A stretch of DNA of 63,689 bases, counting the filler, from Cercozoa sp. M6MM (taxonomy: Eukaryota; Protista; Endomyxa: Ascetosporea), in NCBI GenBank assembly GCA_040357565.1. It is 12 parts of 12 records of this genome, joined end to end, with 100 filler letters (N's around TTAATTAATTAA, not from the genome) between each part and the next. Parts side by side here need not be neighbours in the genome. Positions count along the whole stretch, not along the records: positions 31,421 to 45,701 come from JBDODJ010000335.1; positions 45,802 to 58,313 come from JBDODJ010000376.1; 10 more parts are not named here. One strand, 5' to 3'. A program made the translations under genes and the position numbers. Below, piece after piece: positions 40,485 to 52,134 of the stretch. Under the pieces are notes generated by a model. It worked only from the letters and a program-made list of their open reading frames with translations. It did not search any database and was not told the origin of the DNA. Numbering within the stretch: position 1 is the stretch's first letter; every line of letters starts with the position of its first letter.

Positions 40485-42113
40485 TGGATTTCTTACTATA
40501 CCCCTCTTGACTGTCCACAGGTGCTTCCTGAACAAGAGTCAGTGCTTCCACAATGAGGTGTGTCTGTTTGTGTGTCTGCGCGCTCTATAAACAAAGTCGG
40601 TGCTTGGTAGGTGCAAGTGGTGCTGGAGCCTGCCGGCCCTCGGCAGCGTAGTGACGAGGTACTTGGGGGTATTGCCGTCTTCGCTGCCTGTATCCCTCCT
40701 CCTCTATGTGCACAGGCGGGCCACGTTTTCCCGCCCGAGGACGTTGTTGACTCGGAAGGCACAGCGTAACTCCGATTTCATGTGTCTATGCATTCTATGC
40801 ATAACACACACCTACAAATTTATGTATTTAGTTATATACATAGATTTGTCTATACTATGGGTACCGAATGTGGACAGAGGTGACCGGGAGCGCGAGGCCG
40901 TCGTTCTTAGCGCGACGACCAACGCACTGCAGCACCACGACCACGTACCTCATGCTTACTCTATGCCACCCTTTGTTTTGCCTCCAGTGTGTCCGGATGT
41001 GAATGCGACTTGATGAACAGCACGAAGCGCAAGCTGCAGCGACCGCCGCTTCCATGGTATATGCTGGTTCGACTATACCTCTGTCCTGACCTCCTTACCT
41101 TCGAGTCGAGTATGTGTGCCTTTCCAGGCTGCTGCTGCCACCGCTGCCGGCGCCGACGGAGACGTAGCCACTTTCTCCTCAACTGTCCCCTTGGACCCTA
41201 CCTGTGTCGTGTGTGTTTGTGTGCAAGTAGGTGGCCACGAACCTTGCGTTGGAGGCACTTGCTGGCAGTAGCTTTGCATATACATATTGTTTGTTTGTCG
41301 ACACTCGTACGCACGTTGTGTGTAGCGGACGGCATCAAAGGCGCCCTTGTGCTCGAACTCGCGGCCGAGGATCTGCCGAAAACTGACGTGTTTGGCCATT
41401 GTGATCCGTACTGTGTCTTGTACAAAAAGACGGATGACAAGGACGTTGAACTGGCGCACACCGAGGTAAAGAACGACACGAGTTCGCCGATCTGGGAGCA
41501 GCTGCTGGTGCCCATCAGCGAGGACGAGATCCACGGCGGATGTGTGCTGCGTTTTGTGGTGTGTCTCGACCTTGGCTCGCCTGTGGTGCCCTTGCAACTG
41601 GCATGGTCCATGATCTGTTTCTGCAGGTCAAGGACAGAGACCATTTGCGGCCGGACAAGAAGGTCGGCGCCAGTCTGTGCACGCTCGATACCTTCCGCGT
41701 GTTCGATATGGTAGGGTTTTCGTGTCTGCGTATGCTGTTTGTATGTATTGTTTACTTGTGTGCGTACGCAGCAACTGATGCAGAACGTGGCCGCTGCTGT
41801 GGCTCGCGGCGACCGGTACACCCCTTTCCTGTCAGCTCTCATGATTCCTTGTACCTGTATCCTGACCCATCCAGCACTGTACACCATATCCTTTATCTTG
41901 TTGCAGTGCGTCGCGTCCAAAGCCGATTGAGTTGGCTTTGAAAAAGGGTAGTCATTACTCTGTTGCACCAGGGGTGAGGTGGCTGGCCTGATTTAATGCA
42001 TATTCATATGCGCTTGCTTGTGTGAAGGTACGGACAAGACAGGACGCGGTGTGCTCAGGGTTCGGTTCGCACACTTTATCTCGCCAGAGGAGCGGTATCG
42101 ATTTCGACAATGA
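38042..42113 (+). CDS. Permuted NlpC/P60 papain-like enzyme (peptidase C92/YiiX/LRAT-type) fused to a C-terminal C2 domain
   Basis: AKPGDVLLFAG...IIRTVQRTRYSHCGML...VVEA...KKYKFD...FFCSMLV places His before Cys (permuted). A GT-AG exon chain links it in frame to C2: LAAEDLPKTDVFGHCDPYCVL..HTEV..TSSPIWE..VKDRDHLRPDKKVG..GRGVLRVRF. Confidence 0.75.
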
Positions 42114-42571
42114 TCTGGGCATTCTCACTTTTGTCGTCTGTGTTCCTGTCTCTTAGCGCCTTCCGTGAGCAAGAACTTGGCGTGTCTAGCACGCCTGTCC
42201 GTGAGGTATTGAGACTTGGTGCATTCAGCAGGAATTCGTACACTGTCGTGCTTGACATTGACTTGACCTCCAGCACGAGCTGCGCGCCTGGGCACCGCGC
42301 TACTTTGCCTCGCTGGAGCAGGAGAGTGTTGCCGGAGCACAGCACACGACATGTGTTGTCGACCGATCATGAGTCAGCCAGAGACGCAAGGCTAGCCGTA
42401 TGCACCCGTCGCGTGTTGATTTCGTTTGAGCGTCACCATGCGTGTTGATTTCGTTTGACCGTCCGTCGGCAAGGTTGCCTCCACTGATCTTTGCCTCAAC
42501 GCGATTCGAAATCGTCGCATTCGACCTGATCGGCCCTACAGAAGTGTTGCCAAAGCCATATGTTTCTTCAG

Positions 42572-42645
42572 TCCATATGTTTCTTTAGTCCTTTTTGACA
42601 GTGCTGTAAGAGTACTATCCCAGGGAAAGGACTAAAACATATGGA
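42572..42645. repeat. Long imperfect inverted repeat (hairpin, about 74 nt)
   Basis: tccatatgttt..ttagtccttt..gacagtgct / agtactatc..aaaggactaa-aacatatgga around a GTAAG loop. Confidence 0.7.
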
Positions 42646-43145
42646 AGGTTTTATTTCTCGACCAGTCTGGACGAGCGGGCGTATTTCAGGTAATACGGCC
42701 ATTTTTTGCTCAGTGCCTACCACGCACTCGAAGACCTCGCTGACGAGCGAGGTTTACTTAGTTTCCCTGCTGCACACCGGAGGGGTGGTCGTTCTGACTT
42801 AATAGGACCGGATGACGCGTCAGAGAGGTCGAGAAGGTGCAGACAGTGCTCGAAAGCCTCCAACACTCAACAACACAGATACGTTGGTCTTTCTCTTTCA
42901 GCTATCACTGACTGCAAACAGGGGCAGCCTCGTGCGCAAGAGGTGCGCAAATGGATGACCTTTCCGTCAGGACAAATCAAGTTATTGGTGCACTGAACAT
43001 ATCTAATAGATATCCACTGCAATCCGTCGGTGAATAAACAACCAACTGCCAGTTACTGTAAGAAATTGAACGATCTAAAATAGCCTGGCCGGTACTTACA
43101 CGTAGTGCAGTAGGCATTGGAATGCTTTAGAAGCAAAGACTTGTA

Positions 43146-45182
43146 TCAACTGGCGCGACCCAACACGAGCGCCAACAGCGCCATGCGCGCGTACATACCG
43201 TTCCGCACCTGCATACACACACGCAACAACGCAACACTCACGCACACACACACACACACACGCACACACACACACACACATACACACACACACGCACACA
43301 TTCATGCACATGCACATATGAGCATGTGTGTGAACAGACCTGCTTGAAATAGACGGCACGCGAGTCGACATCGACTTCAGGTGCGATCTCGTCGACACGT
43401 GGAAGCGGGTGCATCACTGTCGTGCGAGAGGGGGGGGGGGGGGGTAGGATGTATCATGCGTTCCAAAGCGGACAGGGAGAAGGACAGCGTTACCGATCAT
43501 GTCAGCAGGTGCGTGCTGCATGAGAGCGGCGTCGAGACAGAAAGCATGCCGCACCTGCTCGTAGTGCGCGGCGTCGGCGAAACGTTCCTTCTGAATGCGC
43601 GTGCAGTAAAGCACGTCCGTTGATGCCAGGACCTGCACAGGTGCATTCTCACCTCCCATTTACCTCCTTGACTCTTGTGCCAGCAGTAAGGGTACCTCAA
43701 CATTCAAGTTATCGGCCAGCTCGATGTGCACGTGCTGTTGCAGACACAAGGTATACACCCATACTTTACCCTTCCTTTACCCTGTCTGATAATAGACCTA
43801 CAGGAGCGACGTGACGCACGCGTTGCAGCACTTCTTCCGGCATACGCAGCGACTCTGGCGAGACCTGTACAGATGTAGGCAAGGGTCAGGGGTAAGGTCA
43901 GGGGTAAGGTCAGGGGTAAGGTCAGGGGTANNNNNNNNNNGGTCAGGGGTAAGGTCAGGGGTAAGGTCAGGGGTAAGGTCAGGGGTAAGGTCAGGGGTGA
44001 GGTCAGGGGTAAGGTCAGGGTAAGGGCAAAGGTGGGTGAAACTACCAGGGTAAGCGTGAGCGCTTGCGTGCAAACAGTGCCCAGCATCACGGCCAACGAA
44101 TGCACCGTGCGTCCTTTCGAAGGAGGGAGTAAAGGGGAATGAGGGGAGTTCAATGCTGGTACCATGCTTGAGATCGCCAACGAGTGTCACGCGCACACCT
44201 GGAACACACACGTCAGTTTAGCACCTCTTCTTTATACTCCTATTCACTCCCATCCAAGAAAGCAGACCATCAAGTGAAACAGGCGACATGGAGGCACCAC
44301 GCCACTCACGCAACTACCCAGACGGGGGAGGGGGTAACTGACAGGGGGGGGGGGGGGGGAAAAAGCGGGTGAACAAACCATGGTATACACGTCCAGCAGT
44401 GCCTGCGTCGGGTGCTCACCTGCGCCGTCTCCTGTGTCACCATGACAATCCAGAGGATAAGAGGAATAGGGGGGTAAGAGGAATAGGGGGTAAGAGGAAT
44501 AGGGGGTAAGAGGAATAGGGGAGGAATAGGGGTAAAACACTACCGGCATTGAGCAGCGGAATTTGGTCCTGACCGATTAGGGCTTCCACTGCACACGGGA
44601 GGGGATAAGGAGGTACAGGAGGTAAAGGGGGTAAAGGGTAGGGGTAGAGGGCGAAGCAAGGTGATACTGGCGCCCTTCTGCGGCTGTCGCAGCACCAAAC
44701 AGTCGGCGTACTGAGAGAGCGTGCGCACCTACCTCAGACACACGGAGGGGGGGGGGGGTAAGGAGGTGGTAAAATGGCAGACAAGCTACCGTGTCCGACA
44801 GCGACTCGCCCTTCTTCAGCGACGAACTGCCACCGCCCAGCACATTGAACACGCGCGCACCTACTCACAGACACACCGGTCCGTCCGCGCGGACAGCAGT
44901 ACGGCAGTCACATCCTACCGAGACGCAGCGCCGCCGCCTCAAACGAGCAACGTGTCCGCGTGGACGCCTCCAGAAACAGCAACGCAACGACGTTACCAGC
45001 GCACACCTCGGAGGCAGCGGTGCCCTTCTCGCGCAGCTCTAGAGTCAAGCAGTAGATCGACAAAATACTCCGAAAAATACAGCAATTCTCGCTGCACCTT
45101 CGGCAACGCGAACGACATCACAGATGTCCGTGCGCGTGAGCGCTTGCGCCGAAACAACGCTACGGCCGGCCCACGTGCTCAT
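43146..45182 (-). CDS. pyrB: Monofunctional aspartate carbamoyltransferase
   Basis: Own ATG (MSTWAGRSVVSAQ). Motifs LFLEASTRTRCSFE, SSLKKGESLSDT, HPTQALLD, VGDLKHGRTVHSL, DVLYCTRIQKERF, MHPLPRVDEI and YFKQVRNGMYARMALL. Confidence 0.95.
43881..44025. repeat. Intronic 12-mer minisatellite (GGTCAGGGGTAA)n
   Basis: About 11 tandem units interrupted by a 10-N gap, inside an ATCase intron. Confidence 0.9.
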
Positions 45183-45640
45183 TAGTGCAGCACAGTTCAA
45201 GAAAACTGCAAAATTTCGTCCAAGCGATCAATGCGTGCGTCCTAAAAATTATTTTGTATTTGAAGCAACTCAAAAACGCGTGAATCTTAGGCTCTTTTAA
45301 CTACTCGGCAAACTTGAATACGCTAGTATGCTTTGTTTGCGCACCCCCAGGTCTACCTACGGACTCACGGACGAAGCGAAGACGTGAAACACGAGTGATT
45401 TCTTTGTGTAACATGAGTAGTGTAACATGAGTACGATACAGAATGCCGACTGGGCTCACTAGTGAAGTTCCTCGGCTCCCACGGCGCGTTGCACGAGCGG
45501 CGAGAAGCGTTGGGCCAGCACATCAGCTGGGGAAGGGAAGGGGGAGGGGTAACACTAACAATATAGGGTGGGTGAGGGGTACCTGCCAGACGTCGCAACA
45601 GTGCGTCCGGCAGGTGCGCTGCCGCCTACACATAGCAGAG

Positions 45641-45677
<37 letters not shown>

Positions 45678-46210
45678 GGGGTGGGGGGGGGGGGGGGGTA
45701 ANNNNNNNNNNNNNNNNNNNNNNNNNNNNNNNNNNNNNNNNNNNNTTAATTAATTAANNNNNNNNNNNNNNNNNNNNNNNNNNNNNNNNNNNNNNNNNNN
45801 NCTTCCTGTTTACCCCCCTACCTTCCGGTTTACTCCCCTACCTACCTTTCAGTTTACCCCTCTCTACCCCCTCTACCTATCTGCTGTTTGCCCCTCTGCT
45901 TTCCCACCCTATTTACCACCCTGTGTAGCATATGATTTCACACTCTATTCACCCTGTTTATCCCTCTTACCCTCCTGCTTTACCACCCTGTTTACCCCCT
46001 TGTTCACCTCCCATTTTACCCACCTATTTACCACCCTGTTTACCACCTTGTTTACCACCCTATTTACCACCCTATTTACCACCCTCTTGTCCCCCNNNNN
46101 NNNNNNNNNNNNNNNNNNNNNNNNNNNNNNNNNNNNNNNNNNNNNNNNNNNNNNNNNNNNNNNNNNNNNNNNNNNNNNNNNNNNNNNNNNNNNNNCCCCC
46201 CCCCGTGCAG

Positions 46211-48215
46211 ATGATGGAGAAGGCGATGGGGCAGGCGACGTGTCTGTCGGCGAAGTCGGCCGATGCGGCGTTGTCGCTGCTGCGGCAACGCGGTCGTGAA
46301 CATGTGGGCTTTTACCCCCCCTTCTTACCCCCTTCTTACCCTCCCTTCTTACCCTCTTTCTTACCCACCCTTCTTATCCTCTTCTTGCCCCCTTCTTGTC
46401 CTCCTCCTTGTCCTCCTACTTGCCCTCCTTCTTGCATTCCTTCTTACCCCCTTTCTTACCCTCTTCTTGCCCTCCTTCTTATCCTCTTCTTACCCCCTTA
46501 CTTCCTTCTTACTTCATTCTTAATCCCTATTTACGCACCTATTTACACCCCTATTTACACACCTATTTACACAATATTAACACCCCTATTTACACACCTA
46601 TTGACCCCTCTTCTTACCCCTTCTTACCCCTATTTATGTGGCTATTTGCACACCTATTTACACCCCTATTTACACTCCTATTTACACTTCTATTTGCACC
46701 CCTATTTGCACCCCTATTTACACCCTGATTTACCTCCCCCCCCCCGGTAGGACTACATGCTGCTGCTGACGGGCGACGCGGAGGAGTGTCAGGTGCGAGT
46801 GCTCTCGTTCGACAGGGAGGAAAGCGACGGTGCCGCTCAAGTCGGCACCATCATGCACGCGCTGACTCGACTGGTATCCTTGGTTTTACCCCCCCCCCCA
46901 CCCTCCTCTTTACCCCTACTCTCTATGTTAGCCGGCTCTGCGCTTCAATACGAACGCCTATCGTGCTTGTACTTCTTTTACCCCCCCTGTTTACCCCCCC
47001 ACATTTTTACCCTCTCCCCCCGTTAACCCGCTGTTTACCCCCCATTTTACCCCCCTGTTTACCCCCCCCTGCAGTGTGCCAAGCGGGCGACGTGTCGCGC
47101 GACGACTGCGTTGTGGCGCTGGTTCGAACGGCCGACGTCGACAACGCCGACGACGTCGCTCGTCACGTCGTAGCGCGGCTTTACCCCCCTGTTTACCCCC
47201 CCCCCTGCACCTTAACCCCCCTTTACCCCCCTTTACCCCCAGGGCGCACAAGTGCGTTCGCAGCTGGCGCAGGACGTCGTTGTCGGCAGCGCCGCGATCG
47301 GTCGTTCGGTAAGGCTTTTTCTGTATTTTGGCATGACTAGGAAAATACCAGAAAATGCGGGGGAGAACAACAAAAAAAAAACAACAAGAACAACAACAAA
47401 TAGGCCGGCAGTTGGGCGCTACATGCGCTGTTCGACGCGGATTCCGCCGACGCCGTTGCGCTGTTCCGCGTGTCGCAGGTGCATTTTACCCCCCTGTTTA
47501 CCCCCCTGTTTACCCCCCTCCCCCCGAGAGTAGACGACGGAGTCCCAGAGCGATTTGCGTAGCGTCGCCATTCCTGTCGCTTTCGATGGTTGGTTTTTTC
47601 TTTTCGAGTTGAGTTGCTTTGCTTTGAGTTGAGTTGCTTGCTTTGAGTTGTGTTGAGTTGCTTTGCTTTGAGTTAAGTTGCTTTGAGTTGAGTTGGCTTT
47701 GAGTCGAGTTGCTTTGAGTCGAGTTGCTTTGAGTCGAGTTGCTTTGAATCTGCTTTGCGCATAGACTCGAAGCAGGCGCGTCTGCCAGAAACTGCAACGA
47801 TTCGACTGGCGCTGCGACGACTCGGTCTCTCCGTGAAAAACAACAAGAGTGCAGAAAACAACAACGATGACGACGAGGACGTCGACGTTGTCGAGGAGCG
47901 ACCGGCGCCGTTCGTGCCGGCTTTTGTGGCGTAACCTCCCAGTTTTGTCTCCTCCCCTTACTTCTTACCCCCCCTGTCGGCAGGAGAGAGCGCAGCGTGT
48001 GGGAGAAGATCCTGCAGCAGGACACGGACGTGCTGGTGGGCACCGCCGTGATCTCGGTGCTCTCACTGATCGTGCTGTACAAGTACGTGTCGCTGCAGCA
48101 GTTCGCGCTCGTCGTCTTTGGCCTCAGCATCGTGGGCGGTGCACTGCCGCTGCTGCTCGGCGAGCCAGGTGCCTCCTCAGCTCCGCGCCGCTCCCGCCGC
48201 CGCCGCCGCCACTAG
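46211..48215 (+). CDS. Hypothetical protein with two C-terminal TM helices, 5'-partial; introns filled with TTTACCCC-type repeats
   Basis: GC-rich exons end ...DTDVLVGTAVISVLSLIVLYKYVSLQQFALVVFGLSIVGGALPLLLGEPG...RRRRRH*. Confidence 0.55.
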
Positions 48216-48222
48216 GATCTCC

Positions 48223-48435
48223 TGCCTGTCTCGTCTGCTGCATGCAGTGTTAGTCTGCTAGCGTACTGCGCATGTTAATCTGCATCTATTCTAGGCTCAA
48301 GATTGCCGTCCAAACGGCGACGATGTTAGTCGTTGCTCTGACCCGTCCGCGTGGAGATCATAATCCATGTTTTAGGATGGAGAGAAGGTTTAAGAGTGTT
48401 TTGGCTCGGTTGCCGACACGTGGTAGATCTTGCCT
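48223..48435 (+). repeat. Dispersed repeat family R1, copy 1
   Basis: ctgtctcgtctgctgcatgcagtgtta...gattgccgtccaaacggcgacgatg...ttttaggatggagagaag.tttaagagtgttttggct is near-identical to 49549-49765. Confidence 0.85.
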
Positions 48436-49548
48436 TTAAGGCCTTTCAAGATCACCACGAGCAGCTCGCGGAGCAAGATCCCGACGCGACGCCGGGAACG
48501 ACGGGAGGTACTCACGGAGTTGCTTGGTGTTCTATACACGCACACACGCACAGCCATACTACACACCCACATACACGTGCACTGACAGTCACACACCAGG
48601 GAGCCGCTGCCCGGCGGCGTCTAAAGTGAAATCATATAAACTTATTTGTTAGACCAACGAACCAAAAAATAAAATACCACCAAATGTCCACGCGCTGCGG
48701 TATCATCGTTGTCGGCGTTCGTGCGCCGAAACTTATGCTAATAATAACAATAAAGATAAAACAATGAGCATATAAGCACGGCACAAAGCGCCAGATACCT
48801 GGCGGCCATTGGCTGCCTCGTCGATCATTCGGTTTAAACTGTGAAACGAATCCTGGCGGTCGAGCCTTGTGCACCGGGAGATGTTTTGAATAGACGTGCG
48901 TGCAGCAGCTCGCGTCGACTGCCGTCGCGACTCGCGTGGCGCGCTCTCTGCAGAAGCTGTCTTATCCACACAAACTTACAAGCAACAACAAGACAAAACA
49001 CAACTTACGTCTGCGCCAAAACCAGACGCCTTTTGGAAATTTTAGGCATCTGGAGCTGTGGTGCAAGCATAAGGTCCGAATGTTCTGCACCTGCAGCAGA
49101 GGGATCCAACTCAACTTCTTGTCCAAACTGTACGACGTAAATAAACTGAACAATTTATTAACGAAATACAGCACCAAAAGCGGCCGGTCAACGGTCGTTT
49201 AGCTCGTTTCCGGAAGCTCACACAAGTAGTTTCAATTGTACATGATTTTGTTGGTTTGTCAGTGTTGTAGACTCTTCTCTTGCAATTGTTTTTTTTCTGC
49301 AGGTCATGTCGAAGCCGAACAACAAGAAACGCAACTCAACTGCTCAAATCGCATTGTCAGAAGGTTATAGAAGCTGGCTCGGCGCATATTCAGCCAGAGG
49401 TACAAATTGTACCGCACTAGCTGAATATTAGACTGTACAAACAATCGCCCCGTTGGCGAACCTCGCCCGAACGCTGAGACTTCTAAGAATAAGGCCCAAA
49501 AATTTCTAGAATAGGGCCCAAACATTTCTAGAGGCTAGCCCCACGGGG

Positions 49549-49797
49549 CTGTCTCGTCTGCTGCATGCAGTGTTAATCTCCTAACGTACTGTACTGCGCA
49601 TGTTAATCTGCATCTATTCTAGGCCGAAGATTGCCGTCCAAACGGCGACGATGTCTGCACACTTTCAGTAGTAATTGCTCTGACCCGTCTGCGTGGAGGT
49701 CATAGTTCATTTTTCAACCAAGTTTTAGGATGGAGAGAAGATTTAAGAGTGTTTTGGCTTGGTTGGTACCTTGCTCCGAAAACTCCTGACTCATGAG
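49549..49797 (+). repeat. Dispersed repeat family R1, copy 2
   Basis: Direct repeat of 48223-48415. Its 3' ~150 nt are the inverted partner of 52135-52281. Confidence 0.85.
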
Positions 49798-49802
49798 ATC
49801 AG

Positions 49803-52057
49803 TCAAATGCTTCGCGCAAGGACGTAGGCAACATGTTTCTTAATTTCGTGGACTGCGCCGTCTCTAAAAGTGTTTTCGATGACAGTATTCCGCTGCGAAA
49901 GCTTCAACGGAAATGAAGTTCGAAGTGAATTCAAGTGCTCCAAGAAGTGTCGGAAGTTGGCAGACAGTTGGATCACGTTTGACCAATTCAATGGATCCTG
50001 CGGTGTACTTGAATAAGTCAGACAAAGGGCCTCAATGGATCGAAAGTCAACCTCATCGAAAGCCGTGCATCACGAGTTCGGGTGATCGGCCGATGCGGTT
50101 GAGTCGGGCCAAGTGCAAAGCGTACCGACGTGCCACTGCCTTCGCAGCGGCCAGCGTCATCATCTGCTTTGTGAGGGCGGAGTTGTAGCCGCCTGCTCGC
50201 CACCATCCACTCACGCCAATCGCGAGAATCACAACGACTTTGTTGACGTCCGTCTCGGTCCGCGGAGTCGCGCCAATCGAGATCTCAAACGCGAAGGCCA
50301 GTTGCTTGACGAACTCAGCAATGGCCGGGCTGTCATCGTCGAAGAGCGAACGTACTACAGTCGCGCTCTCTTCTAAAGTACACTATTGTAAATGCGTCTG
50401 TTCATCGATTTTAGTAAATTACTTGTATAAATTTATACAGACACCGTTTGACTTGTTGTACTGGTAAATTTTCTTGGTATACAACTATTCCTAATACTGC
50501 AGGAACAAGCGAAGATTTCACCAGTACCATCTTTTCGTGAATGTCTCTTGTTTTTCCACAGTTTTGGGCTCAGACGCAAGGGCACAACCACACCATCCAC
50601 CTTGTCGTCAGGTGGTTGCTCTGGCAGAGATGCCACGGCGAGCTTTTCAAAGTGCGCCGACAATCTTGCGATGGCTTCTTCAAGGTTGCTGGCTGCATCA
50701 GTGTTCTCACCGGCAGAGTCTTCGTTTCCGGTGACGCCAGTACCCTGTTTAAAAACACACACCGCAATGAAGGCAATTAGTGGCCCAGTATTGAAATCGA
50801 CTCACGTAAGCGTAGTCTCTGGGAATGTGCGCCTCAAGTCCAATGAGATCACAGAACAGCTTGATTCGGAGCTCGGTCAGCCGGTATGACACGTCTCGAG
50901 CTGCGTACTCTGGGTGAACCGAAAAGTCGTCGTCTTTGATTTTCTGGAGGATGCGCTCGTCTTGTTCCAGGGCAAGTCGCCACAGCCACTCTTGGTCCAG
51001 CAGATTCTGCACCGTCGCCTTGAAGTCCTCAAACGAACCACAGGCAAAAAACACACGCGCGCAGTCTTCAAGGGGAACCGATTTCGTGTCAGCACTGGCT
51101 CCTGTAGGCCGGATAGCTGCAACTTCACGGTCCTAGCCGAAGGACCAACAAACATATAAAGTCATTTTTGTGCGAAGAGCCCTGCAAAATTTAAGTGACC
51201 GTGTCCAGCCAAATACAGTATGTGAACAGTATCTTCAATGATTGGAGTTGCTCGTGTCGAGCCTGCAAGCGCGATAGAGTATCGCTGAGCAGTGTCTGCT
51301 CGCTCTCCGCCTTCTGTAGGCGTCGACCAGAGCGTCGTTTTCTCCCAGGCAAGCAGCATTCTGGCGAGACAGCCGCGCGACTCTGTAGCGAAGCGTGCGA
51401 CATTCGGTTTCGAGCTGCTCTCGTTCTTGGGCAAGCTGCACAGCTTTTTCTTTTTCGCTCTCGAGCACATTGCGAAGTGTGGATTTGCTGAGTCCGCGTG
51501 GTATTGCGACAAACACGGGCATCTCGGTTGCAAAAGGCTGCCAACGTGTTTGGAACAACAATTAGCAACCCCTGGACTCAGTTCGGTGCCGGCGGCACGA
51601 TGCGGACAGGCCGCCAAACCCCGAATTCGGTGACATGTGGTGCCTAGGTCTTTACAAAATCCCGAAACTACCAAATCACAAGAACGATTACACGTTTCGT
51701 TCTCCAAATGACAAGAACGATTACAAATTCTGTTCAGGTCCGTCGTAGTTTCAAGAGCTAAGGTTCTCGTAGAGTCAGTCAGTTCAAATTCAGTTTGTCT
51801 CTGTGCTTTCACAACTTCTTTTGTATACCTGCCCTGCCAGATAAATTTTTTACTGTGAGAGTCCTGGTCTGGTGTAGGTTAGATTAGTTTCTTTGGTGTG
51901 TATACAAAATAAATTACCCTTCTTCGAAATCAAATGAAGTCGGTGGAACATGAGACTGTCATGACACTGTGTCGTAGTTGTGGCCCTAAGGTCCAAGCAG
52001 AAGGGCGAATTTCGTCCTGTTCAACTCGTTCAGGGTCATCGTCCACCATCTTGGCAT
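49803..52057 (-). pseudogene. Decayed intron-containing coiled-coil protein gene between inverted R1 copies
   Basis: Protein-like segments (LRNVLESEKEKAVQLAQEREQLETECRTLR; LQKAESEQTLLSDTLSRLQARHEQLQ; FEDFKATVQNLLDQEWLWRL; ...HVAYVLARSI*) switch frame and contain in-frame stops. Confidence 0.55.
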
Positions 52058-52134
52058 TAGCTTGTCTAACTGACCAGTGAAGCCGTGGAGCTTTCTGCTT
52101 CTGCAAGGACTCTGTCCAGGCAAGATCTACAGCA

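Noticed and set aside
45932-46750. Long Pro-rich and CVCV/YIYI/HTHT ORFs in the ORF track
   Set aside because: They are translations of intronic micro- and minisatellites and N-gaps, not proteins.
51030-51240. Caspase/CHAT-like dyad HILYLAGHG ... FFACGS
   Set aside because: The two motifs are separated by a stop and a frameshift. The His motif overlaps what looks like an intron with a decayed donor (ending ttttgcag), and an alternative frame upstream gives a more convincing coiled-coil.
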